This document shows, piece by piece, positions 42,101-54,282 of a DNA stretch of 64,000 bases; position 1 is the stretch's first letter; the number at the start of each line of letters is the position of its first letter. The DNA comes from Vicugna vicugna. Taxonomy: Eukaryota. A program made the translations under genes and the position numbers. The stretch spans positions 2,381,696 to 2,445,695 of the forward strand of contig MU058540.1 of assembly GCA_013265495.1 (NCBI GenBank), written 5' to 3'. The notes beneath the pieces were generated by a model. The model was not told where the DNA came from and did not search any database. It was given only the letters and a program-made list of their open reading frames with translations.

Positions 42101-42866
42101 GACCCCATGAGGTGGGTACTGTTACTTACTCTCATTTGACAGATGGGGAAACTGAGACTTCGAGAGGCTAACAAGCCACAGAGCAGGCCCCACATGCCCT
42201 CACTCTGCATCTCTCCACCTCCTGACAATTTTGATTGCTTTGTGGAGTCTTGAAAAGCCCTAAGGAGCATGAGAACCTCTCAAGAGCTGGGGCCAGAGCT
42301 CTTGGGCTCCCTTGCTGTCTCATCCCTAGGAGACCCCAGGCAGGTCATAATTCCTCCTTTGTAGAGGTCTCCACAGCCAGTGAAGGTGTGAGTTTCAGTT
42401 GCTGGCCCTGCTGTTTGGCGCAGAGAGGGCTGTGGTGTTTGAGGAGCTGCCAGACTTCTGAGGCCAGATGGCGCCTCCGTGGCCAGGATTACGGGCAGCC
42501 AGCCTCATCATCACGTAGGGCTTTTGCCTCAGTTTCTAAGAAGCTAGTTAGCCGTCCTTGCCCTCTAGAGGCTCACAGCCTCGCTCGGAAGACAGCCTTA
42601 TAAGAACAGCCACTTCTCGGGCACTTGCTGGGCCGCGGACAGTCTGGCTGGTGGTTAAACAGGCAGACTCTAGAGCAGGACGCCAGGTTTGAAGACTGTG
42701 TCCACCACCTTCTTGGTCATGTATAACTTTGGGCAAATTAGTCATTGCCTCTGGGCCTCAGCGACTCCATCTGTGCTAGGATAACAGTGGTATCCTGACA
42801 TCCAGGAACTGCCCAGTCCCATCAGCCGGACCTTGTTGTTGCTCGGAGCTGGCCCGGCCCAGCTCA

Positions 42867-43344
42867 TGTTACGTGCTCCTGCTAAATGCAGACAAACTGT
42901 CTGTGACCACAACAGATCAAGACAAAAACAAGACACTCTGTAATCACATCTGAGCACAGAGAAAATATGAGTATTGTCCAGACCACAAACATGACCAAAC
43001 ACCCCCCTGCAGCTACTCTGAGTGAAGGCTGCTACTTAACCAATTACGGTTCTCTCCTCATTCTAGTTGGCCCTCCTTCCAGGTAAGATATATTAAGATA
43101 CCTAATCAGAGAATCACCTCTACTTCCTGATGGAACCTAATCCAGAACAAAGTCCAGCTTCCTTATATCCTCCATGAAGTCACCTAACATAAGCCCAAAT
43201 CTTATAATATGTGCTTTCCAACACCCTCTTACCGAGACGTGCCCTGATTCCTGTGTGCATGTTCTCCTCTGTGCAACTAATGACAAACCCAGTTCGTTTC
43301 CCCACAGGTGTGTTTCTGAGGATCTTTGGCTGGAGGCATTGACA
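42867..43344. mobile_element. Probable solo LTR (ERV class, family not assigned)
   Basis: ~480-bp block with TG...CA ends and LTR-like composition; no clear TSD. Confidence 0.45.
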
Positions 43345-44419
43345 GTCCCTACCTCTGGGTTGTTGTTATACTGCACTTGGAACGATACATTCCCAGGACT
43401 CTTCAAATATACTCGTCATGCTTTAATGTGATTTCCATTTTACAAGGAGGATACTGAAACTCAGAGAGGGCAAGGAACTTTGTCCTGGGTCATACAACTG
43501 GTACTGCAGAGGCAGGATGGAAATTCAGGTCTCCTTCCAAAGTTGGTTTAACCCCCTGACTCGATGTTAATAGGGCAGAAACCAACACCACAACGTTACG
43601 CCAGTGTCTGGCAGGAGAAGAGCACAGGGGCCCTGGAGCTCAGAGAAGAGAGCCCTGGGGCTGTGGGAGGGGAGCACCCAGGATGTCCTCAGCGACCCCC
43701 TCTTTCTCTCCCATTCATGACTCCCTAGAAAGGATCGTCCATGGTACATCTCTCCAAAGCTGCCTGGCTGCTGAGTAAATACCAGTCCAGCTGAGGCCTG
43801 AGGAGGGGGTCAATGTCAGCAGAGTCTGAGGCCTGAGTCACTTCCTGACCATTGCTTAAGAGGCATCCAGAGCCACAGCCTGAGTGGCCAGCTCATGCCC
43901 TCGCAGGATTGCACCCACTTGGGCAATGAGCATTTCCCTGGTATTTCTCACCTTTCTGGGCTCACCTCTGCCACACTCAGGTTTTTGAGACATAACACAA
44001 AGGCTCAAGTCCCGACCCTACCCTGGAGAACTGGATCTTCAACCCTGAAGGAAATCTGACTCTCCTGGACACCACTCTCTTGCCTGTGCTCAGCCCTAGA
44101 CTCTGGCTTCCCACTCCACGATCCCACCCCAACTTCAGAATCCAAGTGCCTTCCACTGGCACCTTCAACCCTAAAGGTCGAAAACTCCTGCAACCCTCCC
44201 AGGCTTGTAGTCCTTTCCCTTTTCCTCCCACAGGGTCTCAGGGCTGGAGTAGGGGGTGGAACGGGGAGAGGGTGGAGAATATGTCAGATCCCCAGGGCAG
44301 GATGTACTGAGGGAGACACGGTTTGATCAGTAGTCATGTCCTCACGATGGGTGAGGCAGATGAAATGGAGGCTACTTCCTTTGAGGAGCAATGTCTCTCA
44401 ACCCTGAGATGCTGCATAG

Positions 44420-44680
44420 CCTCAGAGCAGAGAGAGCGGACCCTAGAATCAGGCTGTACTAGCTTCTTCAACCCAGCTCTGCCCCTAACCAGCAGTGTCA
44501 CCTTCAGCAAGTTACTTAAAGTCTCTGTACCTCAGGTTCCTCATCTCTAAAATGAGGATAATACTACTACCGACTCAGAGGCCTCTTACTACCTGTTACT
44601 AGGATTAGGGGAGTAGTACACGTAAAACACTGGGAATAATGACCGGCACATGGCAAACACAAGCGCTCATTGAATAAGTA
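44420..44680 (+). mobile_element. MIR SINE
   Basis: gcaagttacttaaagtctctgtacctcaggttcctcatctctaaaatgaggataata. Confidence 0.75.
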
Positions 44681-45799
44681 TTTTTCACTTCTAATGGGCA
44701 GACTCTTCCATTCATTCTCCATGCAGTTTTTGATATCCTACTGCCTGCCAGATATGAATATGACAGATTCCCTGCCTACAATGCCTGTTGGGCATTTCTG
44801 TGGGGTTCCTGGACCCCCACCCCCCAGTGATCTTCTAGTCTGTGCCTGATGCTGCAGCACAGCATGGGAGGGGCTGTGGCACAGGATTCGGGTTCCAGAC
44901 ACTCCCTAGTGAGGGCCCCCAGCTTTCTGTAGGCCACAGGCAAGTTCCTTTCCTTATTGAAGACACCCTCTCCTGCTGACAAAGTGAAGCAAGTAGTCCC
45001 CATTCCTTTCATAAACCCATTCCCAGGCCAGCTAGGGGTCAGAAAATCAGGCCAGGCATCTGGACCTCCTGCGGCCCTTCTCTGCCCCCAACCCTGTTCC
45101 TGGGGGGGAATCTGTGACTCAATTTTAGCACAGAATCTTCTTCAGGCTGCACAAGTCACCAGAAACAGGTGGCAGAAGGCTTTGGCTTGTCATTGTCCTC
45201 ATGAGGCATTAGGAAGCCAGCAGCAAGCACTATGTTCAAAATTGGAAATCTGAACCTAGACTGGATAGTTGCTATTACACAATTACTGTTGTTAATTTTA
45301 GGTGTAATGATATTGTGGTTATGTTTTTAAAATAATGCTTATCTTTTAGAGATACAAAAATATTTATGGATGAAATTATTTGATACCTGACTTTGCTTTA
45401 AAATAATAGGAGAAGAAGGATGTAGATGAAACAAAATTGACCAAGAGTTGATACTGTTGTTGAAGCTGTGGGATTGGAGCCATGCAGGGTCATTAGAACC
45501 TCCCTATAAAAGTGTGATCCTCTGGACCTGGGAGATGGCTATAAATGCAGAATCTTGGCTCCACCCCAGACCTACTGAATCAGAATCTGCATTTAATAAA
45601 ATAAAATCCCCATGGGATTCGTATGCACATCCAAATGTGAGAAGCGCTGGGCTGTTTCGTCTCCTTTTGTACATGTTTGAAGTCTTCTATAATCCAAAGG
45701 TTGTGGGATTTTGTTTTGTTTTCCCAAAATTGTCTTCAAAATCTGCAGGAGCTCTTCCTACTGAGTCCCTCTCAGGAGGGAGTTAGGAGGCCCTGTCTT

Positions 45800-46560
45800 C
45801 TAGTCCTCCGCCTTCAGCGGGAGCCCCTCGGGTCTATCGGCCCCCAGCCCCACTCCAGCACTGGGCGGGAAGCGCCCCCTTCCTGCAGGGCAGCGCACCT
45901 GCCGCTGCTGGCTGGTCTGTGGCCGGGCCCCACACTCCAGGGCTGGCGGAAATCTGGGGCTCCCCAGCGCGGGCCGTTGGGCAGGCCTGGGCGTGGCCAC
46001 GCGGCGCACCTGGGCGAGCCGGCAGGTGGGACGCGCGGCCGGCCGGGGGCCCCGCCCTCGCGCGGGGGAGGAGCGCGGCGCGGGGCGGGCTCTGCGGGGA
46101 CCGCGGGCGGGGGTCGGTGCTGGGAGCGCGGCGGGCCTCGAACGCGGCCACTGTGCTGGGGCCGCCAAGGTTGGGTGCCCGGGATGAGCCTCACCCGGAA
46201 AAGGGGTTTCTACAAGCAGGACGTCAACAAGACCGCCTGGGAGCTGCCCAAGACCTACGTGTCCCTGACCCACGTAGGCAGTGGGGCCTACGGCGCCGTG
46301 TGGTGAGACCCCCGGGCCTGCGCGCCCGCTGGGGATGGCGGGGGTCGCCCGGGGCGTCGGGTCGGACCGCGGGCGGGACGCCGGTGGAGCCTCCCGGAGA
46401 TCTGGGGCCCGATTAATGCCCCCTTCCCAGACCCGCCTCCGGTGTCCCCTCTCCTACTGGGCGCTCGGGGCTGTGCGCCTCCCACTTTGATCGAGGATCC
46501 TAAGGCTCAGAGCCCTGCGGGCTTGGAAGAACTTCGCGAGGCTTTTCCGGGATGAGCCCT
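45800..46560. promoter_or_regulatory. CpG island / TATA-less promoter of MAPK13
   Basis: Dense CpG and very high GC around exon 1; GC boxes CCCCGCCC 46050-46057 and GGGGCGGG 46082-46089. Confidence 0.88.
46184..46302 (+). CDS. MAPK13: p38-delta MAP kinase exon 1 (coding part)
   Basis: gggATG...TG|gtgaga, 119 bp; [39 protein letters not shown] (Gly-rich loop). Confidence 0.96.
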
Positions 46561-47121
46561 GGAGCTGGGAGGAGGTGGCAAGCTGGGCATCGAAGTAGAG
46601 TAGGAGCGAGAAGCCTCAGACTGTGCAGGCTGGCCCAGGGCCGCTCCAGGCGCGATCTCACTTTTCTCACCGGCTTGGTAGGGTCTCTGTGGGTTGAATT
46701 AGGACTGGATCTGGTTCTCCAGGACTTGAATCTTACAGGGGACCCCAGAGTTCATGCGGGTGAATCCCTTTTGTTACAAATGGGTACACTGAGGCCCAAA
46801 CAGGGAGAAGTGATTCACCAAGTTGCACAGAGTGAGACTCCCTCTGGACTCTGGATCCTGTTGGCATTAACCTGTGTCTGATCCTGGTGCACTGCACGTC
46901 TCTCAGGTTCTGCCACCCCCTCCCCCCACTGTGCTTTCAGCTTCTCCCTCACTTTTCAGGTGGTGGGCATCAGTTCTTCCTAGCCTAGCCGACTGGCCAA
47001 GAGGGACTGGGGTGAGGGTGGCCATGACTCCCCAGATGGCCTGGGAGATACCACCCAGGATCTGGAGTCTGGGCTGCCAGGGAAGAAGCCGCTGCCTGCT
47101 GACCTGCCTGTGTCCCTACAG

Positions 47122-47251
47122 CTCCGCCATCGACAAGCGGTCAGGGGAGAAGGTGGCCATCAAGAAGCTGAGCCGGCCCTTCCAGTCTGAGATCTTTGCC
47201 AAGCGTGCCTATCGAGAGCTGCTGCTGCTGAAACACATGCAGCATGAGAAT
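47122..47251 (+). CDS. MAPK13: p38-delta exon 2
   Basis: ctacag|...|gtaggc, 130 bp; (C)[43 protein letters not shown]. Confidence 0.97.
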
Positions 47252-47634
47252 GTAGGCTGGGCCTGGGAGCTGCTCTGGGGAGGCAGGGAGCCGAGGGTGG
47301 CCCCAGAGAGGGTCTTGACCAGGCCCCTCCGTATGTGTGGGAAATGGCCTGAGAGAGTACAGGGAGCTCCTGACAGGGCCAGCAGAAGGGGAGTCTCCTC
47401 CCTGTTCCTCTGGCCCTTGTTCCTTACCTAATTATTACAATCAGGTGCCAGGACCTGAAAGGGTGCAAAGGGAATTTTTGGCAAGAGAGCAGAACAAGCT
47501 TTGTGAGGTGCAAACTTACCGTCTCACTGTTACGAGGAAATGGACACAGAAGAACTTTGTAGTTGTTCTAGATCTGAGAGCTGGAATCCTAGTTAATATT
47601 GTTTTCACATGTGGCCCTGTTAATATTAACAACA

Positions 47635-47830
47635 ATAATAATACAGTGATACTTATTGAGCATTTACTTTGTGCCAGGCACAATTCTAAGAACTTTGCAT
47701 AAACTAACTTGTTTAATCCTCACAATATCACATAAGATAAGTACTATTACTTCAATGGGGAAACTGAGGCACAAAAGACTCACAGGTTATATGGTTAGTC
47801 AGTGGCAGAGCTGGCTGCAAGCCTCAGTGC
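47635..47830 (-). mobile_element. MIR SINE
   Basis: ttattgagcatttactttgtgccaggcac...tttaatcctcacaa...gaaactgaggcaca. Confidence 0.7.
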
Positions 47831-48458
47831 CTAACCTCTAGACTGTCCCATCTGATTGAAACAGCCAGGAAAACTAGTGACCCAGTGCTGGGCCTGGCAC
47901 CCAGGCTTTGTTCCAGGATACCTAGATTGGAAGGCAAACATTCAAAATAATGATTTCAAAATATTGCGTACATTTTAAGTCCCATTGCTCTTCAGCAAAC
48001 CCCTCTCCGTGGCCTCCAGCCAGGGGCAATTTTGCCCCCAGCTCCAAACCAGCCCTTTGTCAGGCATGGTTGGATATGGTAGGATACCCAAGGTCCAGAG
48101 CAGGCAGCCTGCTGACTGGAAGGCCCCTCCTTGTTTCCCTTCTTCACTTGTGGTTCTTGGCCTGAGTTGAGAGTGGGTTTGTGTGCTTGTCCTGACCACC
48201 AGACTTGGGGTAGTAAGCACAGGAATGTCCACCTCCCCCTCTCCCCAGCCTGACTCTCCATCACTGTGCCCTGCAAACTCCCTCCCAATTTGGGGAATTC
48301 CTCTTCCACCTCTGCCCCTTTTATTGCTTCCGAGGCTGGGAACCTGCCTCCTGCTGGAGATGGTGTTTTGGAAAGGACAGGTGCAGGGCTGTGGCCCCAG
48401 AGGAGGGGAGCAGAGGGCAGCAGCAGCTGCCTAGCCCTCACTGGCAACCTCTCCTCAG

Positions 48459-48517
48459 GTCATCGGGCTTCTGGATGTCTTTACCCCAGCCTCCTCCTTG
48501 CGCAACTTCCATGACTT
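48459..48517 (+). CDS. MAPK13: p38-delta exon 3
   Basis: cctcag|...|gtgagt, 59 bp; VIGLLDVFTPASSLRNFHD(F). Confidence 0.96.
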
Positions 48518-51158
48518 GTGAGTCGGGCTGCCGTGGGTTCCAGGACATTTGCAGGCCTTACTTGCCACTGGGGAGCAAGTAAGGAGAGGGTCCAGATTCT
48601 CTTTTCTGGGTAAAGGTGCTTCCTGCCCCAGGAGTCCCTGTGCCTTTGGGCTGTGGAGAGATTCTTTAAGCCAAGGGTGGAGAGAAATGGAGGGAGGAAG
48701 AAGTGGGAGGGGCTTGTGGGGTGCTTGCCTGATACGGAGCTGTCTGTCTGCTTTGCTTTACCCAGCTTTATTGCCCAGATATTATTGCCAGTCCCCACAG
48801 GGTTTGCATCAACTTACCACACCATTCCCTGGGGGCGCAGGTGTGGGTCTGGACCTTGGGCTCTCCCTAGCATAAAGTGAGGATCAGGAAGCCTTGGCTG
48901 CCTCTGGCTGATGTGATATTTGACAGAGCCACAAAGAAAGGAAAATTTTAGTTCCATGGCTTTGCTAGTGCAGTACATGGTCTAAAATTTAGGAACCTTT
49001 GGGAAGGTGGCTTTTTTTTTTTTTTCCAATCCTATTTCAAATGCAGCTGCAGGTCTCTTTGTTAGGATGCACCCCCCCCCCAACACCCACACAGTATAAT
49101 GCAATGATTTTAAATGGAGATTTTTCCTATGATGCTAGCTGCTGTGCTTAGCATTGGAAATTTAAAGTGGACCAGCCCTTTAGAGGCTGGCAGTGGTGAA
49201 TAACGACACTGGTGGTCAGTGCTTTGGGTCTGGGTGGAGAGCTGTGAATTGCAAGCTGCCTCAGTGGGCTTCAGAAAGGAGGCAACTCAGAACTCAGTCC
49301 TGATGGATGAGTAGACATTTGCCTGAGGTAGAAGGGGCTAACAGCATTCTGTGGAAGGAACTGCATGGACAAAGACCATGATGCATGAAAGAGACTGGAC
49401 CATTTGGGCAATCCTGAGAAGTTCAGTGTGGCTAGTGGAGGCCAGCAGCTGGTTTGGTCAGGCTGAGTCCGGACTTGGTCCCACAGGCAGCCTTAAGTCC
49501 ACAGAGGTTTTGAGCAGGGAGGTAATGTAGTCAGATTAGATTTTGGGGATGCACTCTGGCAGCAGTGAGAAAGGGGTGGGGAGCAACTCTGGGAGGCGGG
49601 GAACATGGAGAGTAGTGTTTGAGACCCAGACCTTGATCTAAATAAAGCAGAGGTGATGGGACACCAAGAGCAGACTTGAGACCCATTGAGAGGCAGGACT
49701 GTCAGAATGTTGTATCCCTTGGGATGCAGTGGCTGGGAGGGGTGACGTAGAACAGGGGATGCCAGGTTCCTGCTTGGAATACTAGGTGGAGGGCAGACAG
49801 ATCCTGAGAGAAAGATAATGAACTCCGTTTTGGACACTTCATTTTTGAAGAGCTTATGAACATTCAAGTGTTTAATCAGCAATTGCAAATAAACCTGGCG
49901 CTAAGGAAGGTCTGGGCTAGGGATGTGGGTCTGGGCTGGAATAATCACCCATGGATGATAGCCGAAGCCCAGGAACAGGTTAGTATAGAACACGATGCTA
50001 TACTGTTGTAAGACAACAATATTTAAGAGAAAGTACAAGAGGATGAACAGGTGGAGAGGTGAGAGAGCCTGATCAGTGGTAGAAGTGGCAGAGCAGAGAA
50101 TCTTGAGGGAGTGTCAGACTTTGCAAAAGGTTCAGTAGAAAGAGAGCTGTGTGTGCATGTGTGTGACTTTAGTTGAGCAGCACTGGCGGTGGGGCAGGAG
50201 CAGACACCAGTTGCCAGGACTGGGACTGGAAGTTAAGGCAGTGGGGTCACAGGTGAGGAGCATTCTTTCTAGGAATTTGATCAGGGAGGGAAAGGGAGAA
50301 GGAGTGATTACTTGAAGAAACAAAGTCAAAGGAAGGTAGTTATAGCGCCATGAGACTTCAGCAAGTTTGTCAACTGAGGAAAGAATCAGGGTCCATGTAA
50401 AGGTGAAACTCAAAGGTGGAGAGGGGACTGAACAGGGTCCGTCGGGGACGGGGTGAGGTCAGGTGGAAGAAGACTTCAAAAGTGACAGGCTCATAGAGAT
50501 GGTCTCCATATCCTTTTTTAAAAAAAATTCCTTTAAAAATCATTATCTTTTTTGTTCTGGACTTTGCTGTTACTGCCTTGAGTAACAGTTACATTTTGCT
50601 GACCTTGATCTGTTTTGCAATCCCATTAAGAGGGTGCAGTGGTTCAGCTATCTCCTTCCTTCTTCCACCCTCCTGGAAACTGTTTTATTATTTCCTTCTT
50701 GGAAGGAAGACCTTTTTCTTGGCGGGGTGGTCGGGGGGTGGAGGAAGACATTTTTAGATGGTCGAGGAGCCATCTCAGTGGGCCATGACCCTCTGGGAGA
50801 GAAAATATTTGTACAGAAGCAGAAATACTGGCAGATGTTTCTAACTCACAGCATGGCTTTCCGTGGGGCTTGGAGGAGGGCAAGGAGAGGGCACCTTTGA
50901 AGAGATGAACACTGCTCCGTTTGGTCTTTCTGAGCATGCTCCAGCTGAAATACTCTAAGCTCTGCCAACTGGGAGGCTGCTGGGGCCAGGCTGAGAGCCA
51001 GGAGCCAGGAGGCCCGCTGCTTGGGAGTCTGGCTGCTGGTGGTGGGGCTGGTTCTTCTCATATACAGAGGTCATCTCTAAGGCCCTCACCCCTCCTCTGA
51101 GCTCCGACCTGGGGCTGGGTAGGGCTGGGACTGTTCAAGAAGCCCTTGTGTCTTGCAG

Positions 51159-51267
51159 CTACCTGGTGATGCCCTTCATGCAGACGGACCTGCAGAAGAT
51201 CATGGGGATGGAGTTTAGTGAGGACAAGATTCAGTACCTGGTGTATCAGATGCTCAAGGGTCTTAAG
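51159..51267 (+). CDS. MAPK13: p38-delta exon 4
   Basis: ttgcag|...|gtgggt, 109 bp; [36 protein letters not shown] (Met gatekeeper typical of p38 gamma/delta). Confidence 0.97.
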
Positions 51268-51448
51268 GTGGGTGGGACCCTGGAAGATGGCAGAGGACGG
51301 GGGCTTGGTGTTGAGATCTGGGGTCTGGGGAGGCCAGGCCTTGAAGGCTGGGAGAGCACACTGTGACAGGGCAGAGCAGCTCTCTGGGTCAGCCTGCAAC
51401 ACCTGGTGCTCACCTGGACCCACCCTTCTCTCTCTCTCCCCAACACAG

Positions 51449-51478
51449 TACATCCACTCAGCTGGGGTCATCCACAGG
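51449..51478 (+). CDS. MAPK13: p38-delta exon 5
   Basis: acacag|...|gtgagt, 30 bp; YIHSAGVIHR. Confidence 0.96.
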
Positions 51479-51865
51479 GTGAGTGCTTTCTCTGCTACAT
51501 CCTCAGAGGCCCCACCCACCCCTAGAAGGGTTCTCCACATCACAGGGGCAGGGAGAAATGGAGGGAATGTGGATTTTCCAGGCTCCACCTTGGCTTAGGA
51601 AGGTCTATTCAGAAGAATTGCAGTGTTCTGGGGAACTTTCTGGGAAAATGTTGCAAACAAAGCCCTGAGCTGGGTATTTCAGGCTCCAAGAGTCAGCAAC
51701 ATGGATGGGCCCTGAAGGACACCTAGTCCAACCATCATTCTGCACAGGAGACTGACACCTAGAAAGAGGGAAAGGGGCCAGCTGAGGTCCCACACCGGGT
51801 GGCAGCCGACTGGGACAGCTCCCATCTCTGCCTCTGCCCAGTGCTCACTCTCTCCTCTCATTTAG

Positions 51866-51913
51866 GACCTGAAGCCAGGCAACCTCGCTGTGAATGAGGA
51901 CTGTGAGCTGAAG
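51866..51913 (+). CDS. MAPK13: p38-delta exon 6
   Basis: atttag|...|gtgagc, 48 bp; DLKPGNLAVNEDCELK. Confidence 0.97.
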
Positions 51914-52037
51914 GTGAGCGGGCCCAGGCAGGTTAGCCTGGGCTTGGGGTGGGCCCCTCTCTGTGGGAGCTCCAGAAGCTTCTCCGGGAGCCTCCTCTCC
52001 TTGCAAGCTCCTTCTCCCTATGTCCCCCGAGTCGTAG

Positions 52038-52152
52038 ATCTTGGATTTTGGGCTGGCGCGGCATGCAGATGCGGAGATGACTGGCTATGTGGTGACCCGC
52101 TGGTACCGGGCCCCTGAGGTGATCCTCAGCTGGATGCGCTACAACCAGACTG
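52038..52152 (+). CDS. MAPK13: p38-delta exon 7 (DFG, TGY, APE)
   Basis: tcgtag|...|gtcagt, 115 bp; [38 protein letters not shown]. Confidence 0.97.
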
Positions 52153-52308
52153 GTCAGTGGTCAGCTGCCCGGGGGAGGGGCACGAGGCTGGGGGGAGGGG
52201 GGTCTTCTTTGACAGCTTCCACAAGGCCGTGTTGGTGATTCTGGGTTGACTGACTACTGGGTCCTGGTCAGCTGGTCCAGATGACACTTCCTCCCCCTCC
52301 CTCTGCAG

Positions 52309-52380
52309 TGGACATCTGGTCTGTGGGCTGTATCATGGCAGAGATGCTGACAGGGAAAACTCTGTTCAAGGGGAAAGATT
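52309..52380 (+). CDS. MAPK13: p38-delta exon 8
   Basis: ctgcag|...|gtatccttt, 72 bp; (V)[23 protein letters not shown]. Confidence 0.97.
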
Positions 52381-52953
52381 GTATCCTTTGCTACAAAAGC
52401 CATACTCCATCCAGGGATTCATTCCTTCAACAGACACTTTATTATTTAAATCTCTTTTTCCCTTAATGTGAAAGTGATACTTGCTCTCTGTGGAACAATT
52501 TTAAAATGCAGAGAAGCAAAATCATGAAAACTAGTCACCTGTCATTCCACCATTATGTAGAAAATACTTGAAGTTTTAGCACCACATATAGGAATTGAGC
52601 ACCTGTGTGTGCTGCACAGGGATTGAGAAGATGTGGGGTCTGCCCTGCCAAACTCAGAGTGTGAGGGGCAAGATGCGAAGAAATGGATGGAGGTGACTGA
52701 GTGAGATGAGGCTGGGAAGGCAGCACGTCCAGGAGCATTTGTGGGGAGGGACCCTTAACCCAGCTTGGCAGGTGGGAAGCCTTCCAGAGATCTGAGTCCT
52801 GAAGGATGAACCTCCCTCCTGAAAGAAGGGGGAGGTGAGTGTCTGCAGCCTGGATGGTCCATGGTGCTGGGTGGGCCTGATTGAGGGGCAGCAGGAAGGG
52901 CATCTTCAGACCTGCCCCCAAGGAGTAAGGCTGAGCCTTAACCTGATGCCAAG
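52381..52953 (+). other. U12-type GT-AG intron 8 of MAPK13
   Basis: Donor GTATCCTTT at 52381; branch CCTTAAC 52936-52942, ending 11 nt before the intron end (AAG acceptor); no polypyrimidine tract. Confidence 0.95.
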
Positions 52954-53033
52954 ACCTGGACCAGCTGACCCAGATCCTAAAAGTGACCGGGGTGCCGGGT
53001 GCTGAGTTTGTGCAGAAGCTGAATGACAAAGCA
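52954..53033 (+). CDS. MAPK13: p38-delta exon 9
   Basis: 80 bp, donor gtgagt; (Y)[26 protein letters not shown]. Confidence 0.96.
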
Positions 53034-53281
53034 GTGAGTGGCAGTTGGGCCCAGGCTGGCGGGGGCTGTGCACCTGGCTGATCAGGGTCAGGTGGGCTGT
53101 AGACCTTTGGGGCGGTGGGTCCACCTGCACCTCCCCTCTGCCCTGGCAAGGGCTCTTGCCTTCATCTCACTTTGGATTCTGACCTGAGCCTTCTGCCCCA
53201 CTCTGGGGGAATCACTGCTTTATACCCCATGGCCTGAGGGGCTGACAACTGGGGATTATTCAATGCTTTTCCGTATTCCAG

Positions 53282-53360
53282 GCCAAATCCTATATCCAGT
53301 CCCTGCCACAGAGCCCCAAGAAGGATTTCTCTCAGCTCTTCCCACGTGCCAGTCCCCAGG
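53282..53360 (+). CDS. MAPK13: p38-delta exon 10
   Basis: ttccag|...|gtgagt, 79 bp; [26 protein letters not shown]. Confidence 0.96.
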
Positions 53361-53440
53361 GTGAGTCTTGGGGCCTGCAGTCTGTCTCAGTGGGTAGGCT
53401 CTTCCATTTCCAATGTGAGGCTTACACGCTGTTACTGCAG

Positions 53441-53617
53441 CTGTAGATCTGCTGGAGAAGATGCTGGAGCTGGATGTGGACAAGCGCCTGACGGCCTCGC
53501 AGGCCCTCACCCACCCCTTCTTTGAACCCTTCCGGGACCCTGAGGAGGAGACAGAGGCTCAGCAGCCACTTGATGATTCCTTAGAACATGAGAAACTCAC
53601 AGTTGATGAATGGAAGC
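53441..53617 (+). CDS. MAPK13: p38-delta exon 11
   Basis: ctgcag|...|gtaaga, 177 bp; (A)[58 protein letters not shown]. Confidence 0.97.
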
Positions 53618-53882
53618 GTAAGAGCTGGGGGTCTCAGGCTCCTTCCTCTCTGCCTGCAGCCTCCCTCTCCTCTGCCTCCTTCGTTTTCCTGCCTGGCCTC
53701 AGCCGGCCCTACTGCTCTCCTGGAAACTATAGCCTCCTTCTCTGAGCCGATACTGTCTCTTGTGTGTACTTTTTTCTTCCTGAGCTGAGCTGACTTCCTG
53801 TTCCACACTATGTTTGAGGTGGGAGGTCTCTGCCTTGCCCTCACCAGTCCCTACCCACCTTGAGCCACCCTGCCTTTCTTAG

Positions 53883-53965
53883 AGCACATCTACAAGGAGG
53901 TTGTGAACTTCAGCCCCATCGCCCGGAAGGACTCTCGGCGCCGGAGTGGCATGAAGCTACAGTGA
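53883..53965 (+). CDS. MAPK13: p38-delta last coding exon 12
   Basis: tcttag|; (Q)[26 protein letters not shown]; the 12 exons sum to 1101 bp = 366 aa + stop. Confidence 0.96.
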
Positions 53966-54173
53966 CCCTCGCTGAGCCCAGGAATGACCACATGGCACTA
54001 CCTGCCAGGCACTGCCTCTGGGACCAGTATTTATTTGTTGCTACTAAAGTTTCAACCCATTTTGGATTATAGCCTTCCAAGCAGAGGACAGAAGGCCCTT
54101 GTCCTTGTGCAGGAAACAGGCAGAATTCAGAGTTGTTGATTGGAAGAAAATAGCTCTAATCATAACCGGCCAC

Positions 54174-54179
54174 ATTAAA
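54174..54179 (+). terminator. Probable MAPK13 polyadenylation signal (ATTAAA)
   Basis: ATTAAA ~210 nt after the stop, followed by GT-rich gtgtgtgggg. Confidence 0.55.
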
Positions 54180-54282
54180 GCACCCATCTGGAGAAAAGCA
54201 CGTGTGTGGGGTCCTTTCCTTCATGGCGGTAGTGGGGCTGAGGAGTGGGCGGAACCGGGACAGGGATCTCTGGCAATGATGG

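Noticed and set aside
42464..42474. CCAGATGGCGC CTCF/YY1-like core between the genes
   Set aside because: Only a partial motif match; unsupported without ChIP data.
45677..46490. Several long overlapping ORFs on both strands, including a 209-aa frame running into MAPK13 exon 1
   Set aside because: Stop-poor CpG-island sequence giving low-complexity G/A/R/P peptides; only 46184-46302 matches p38-delta.
52553..53149. 198-aa antisense ORF over MAPK13 intron 8/exon 9
   Set aside because: GC-rich shadow ORF with no recognisable homology.
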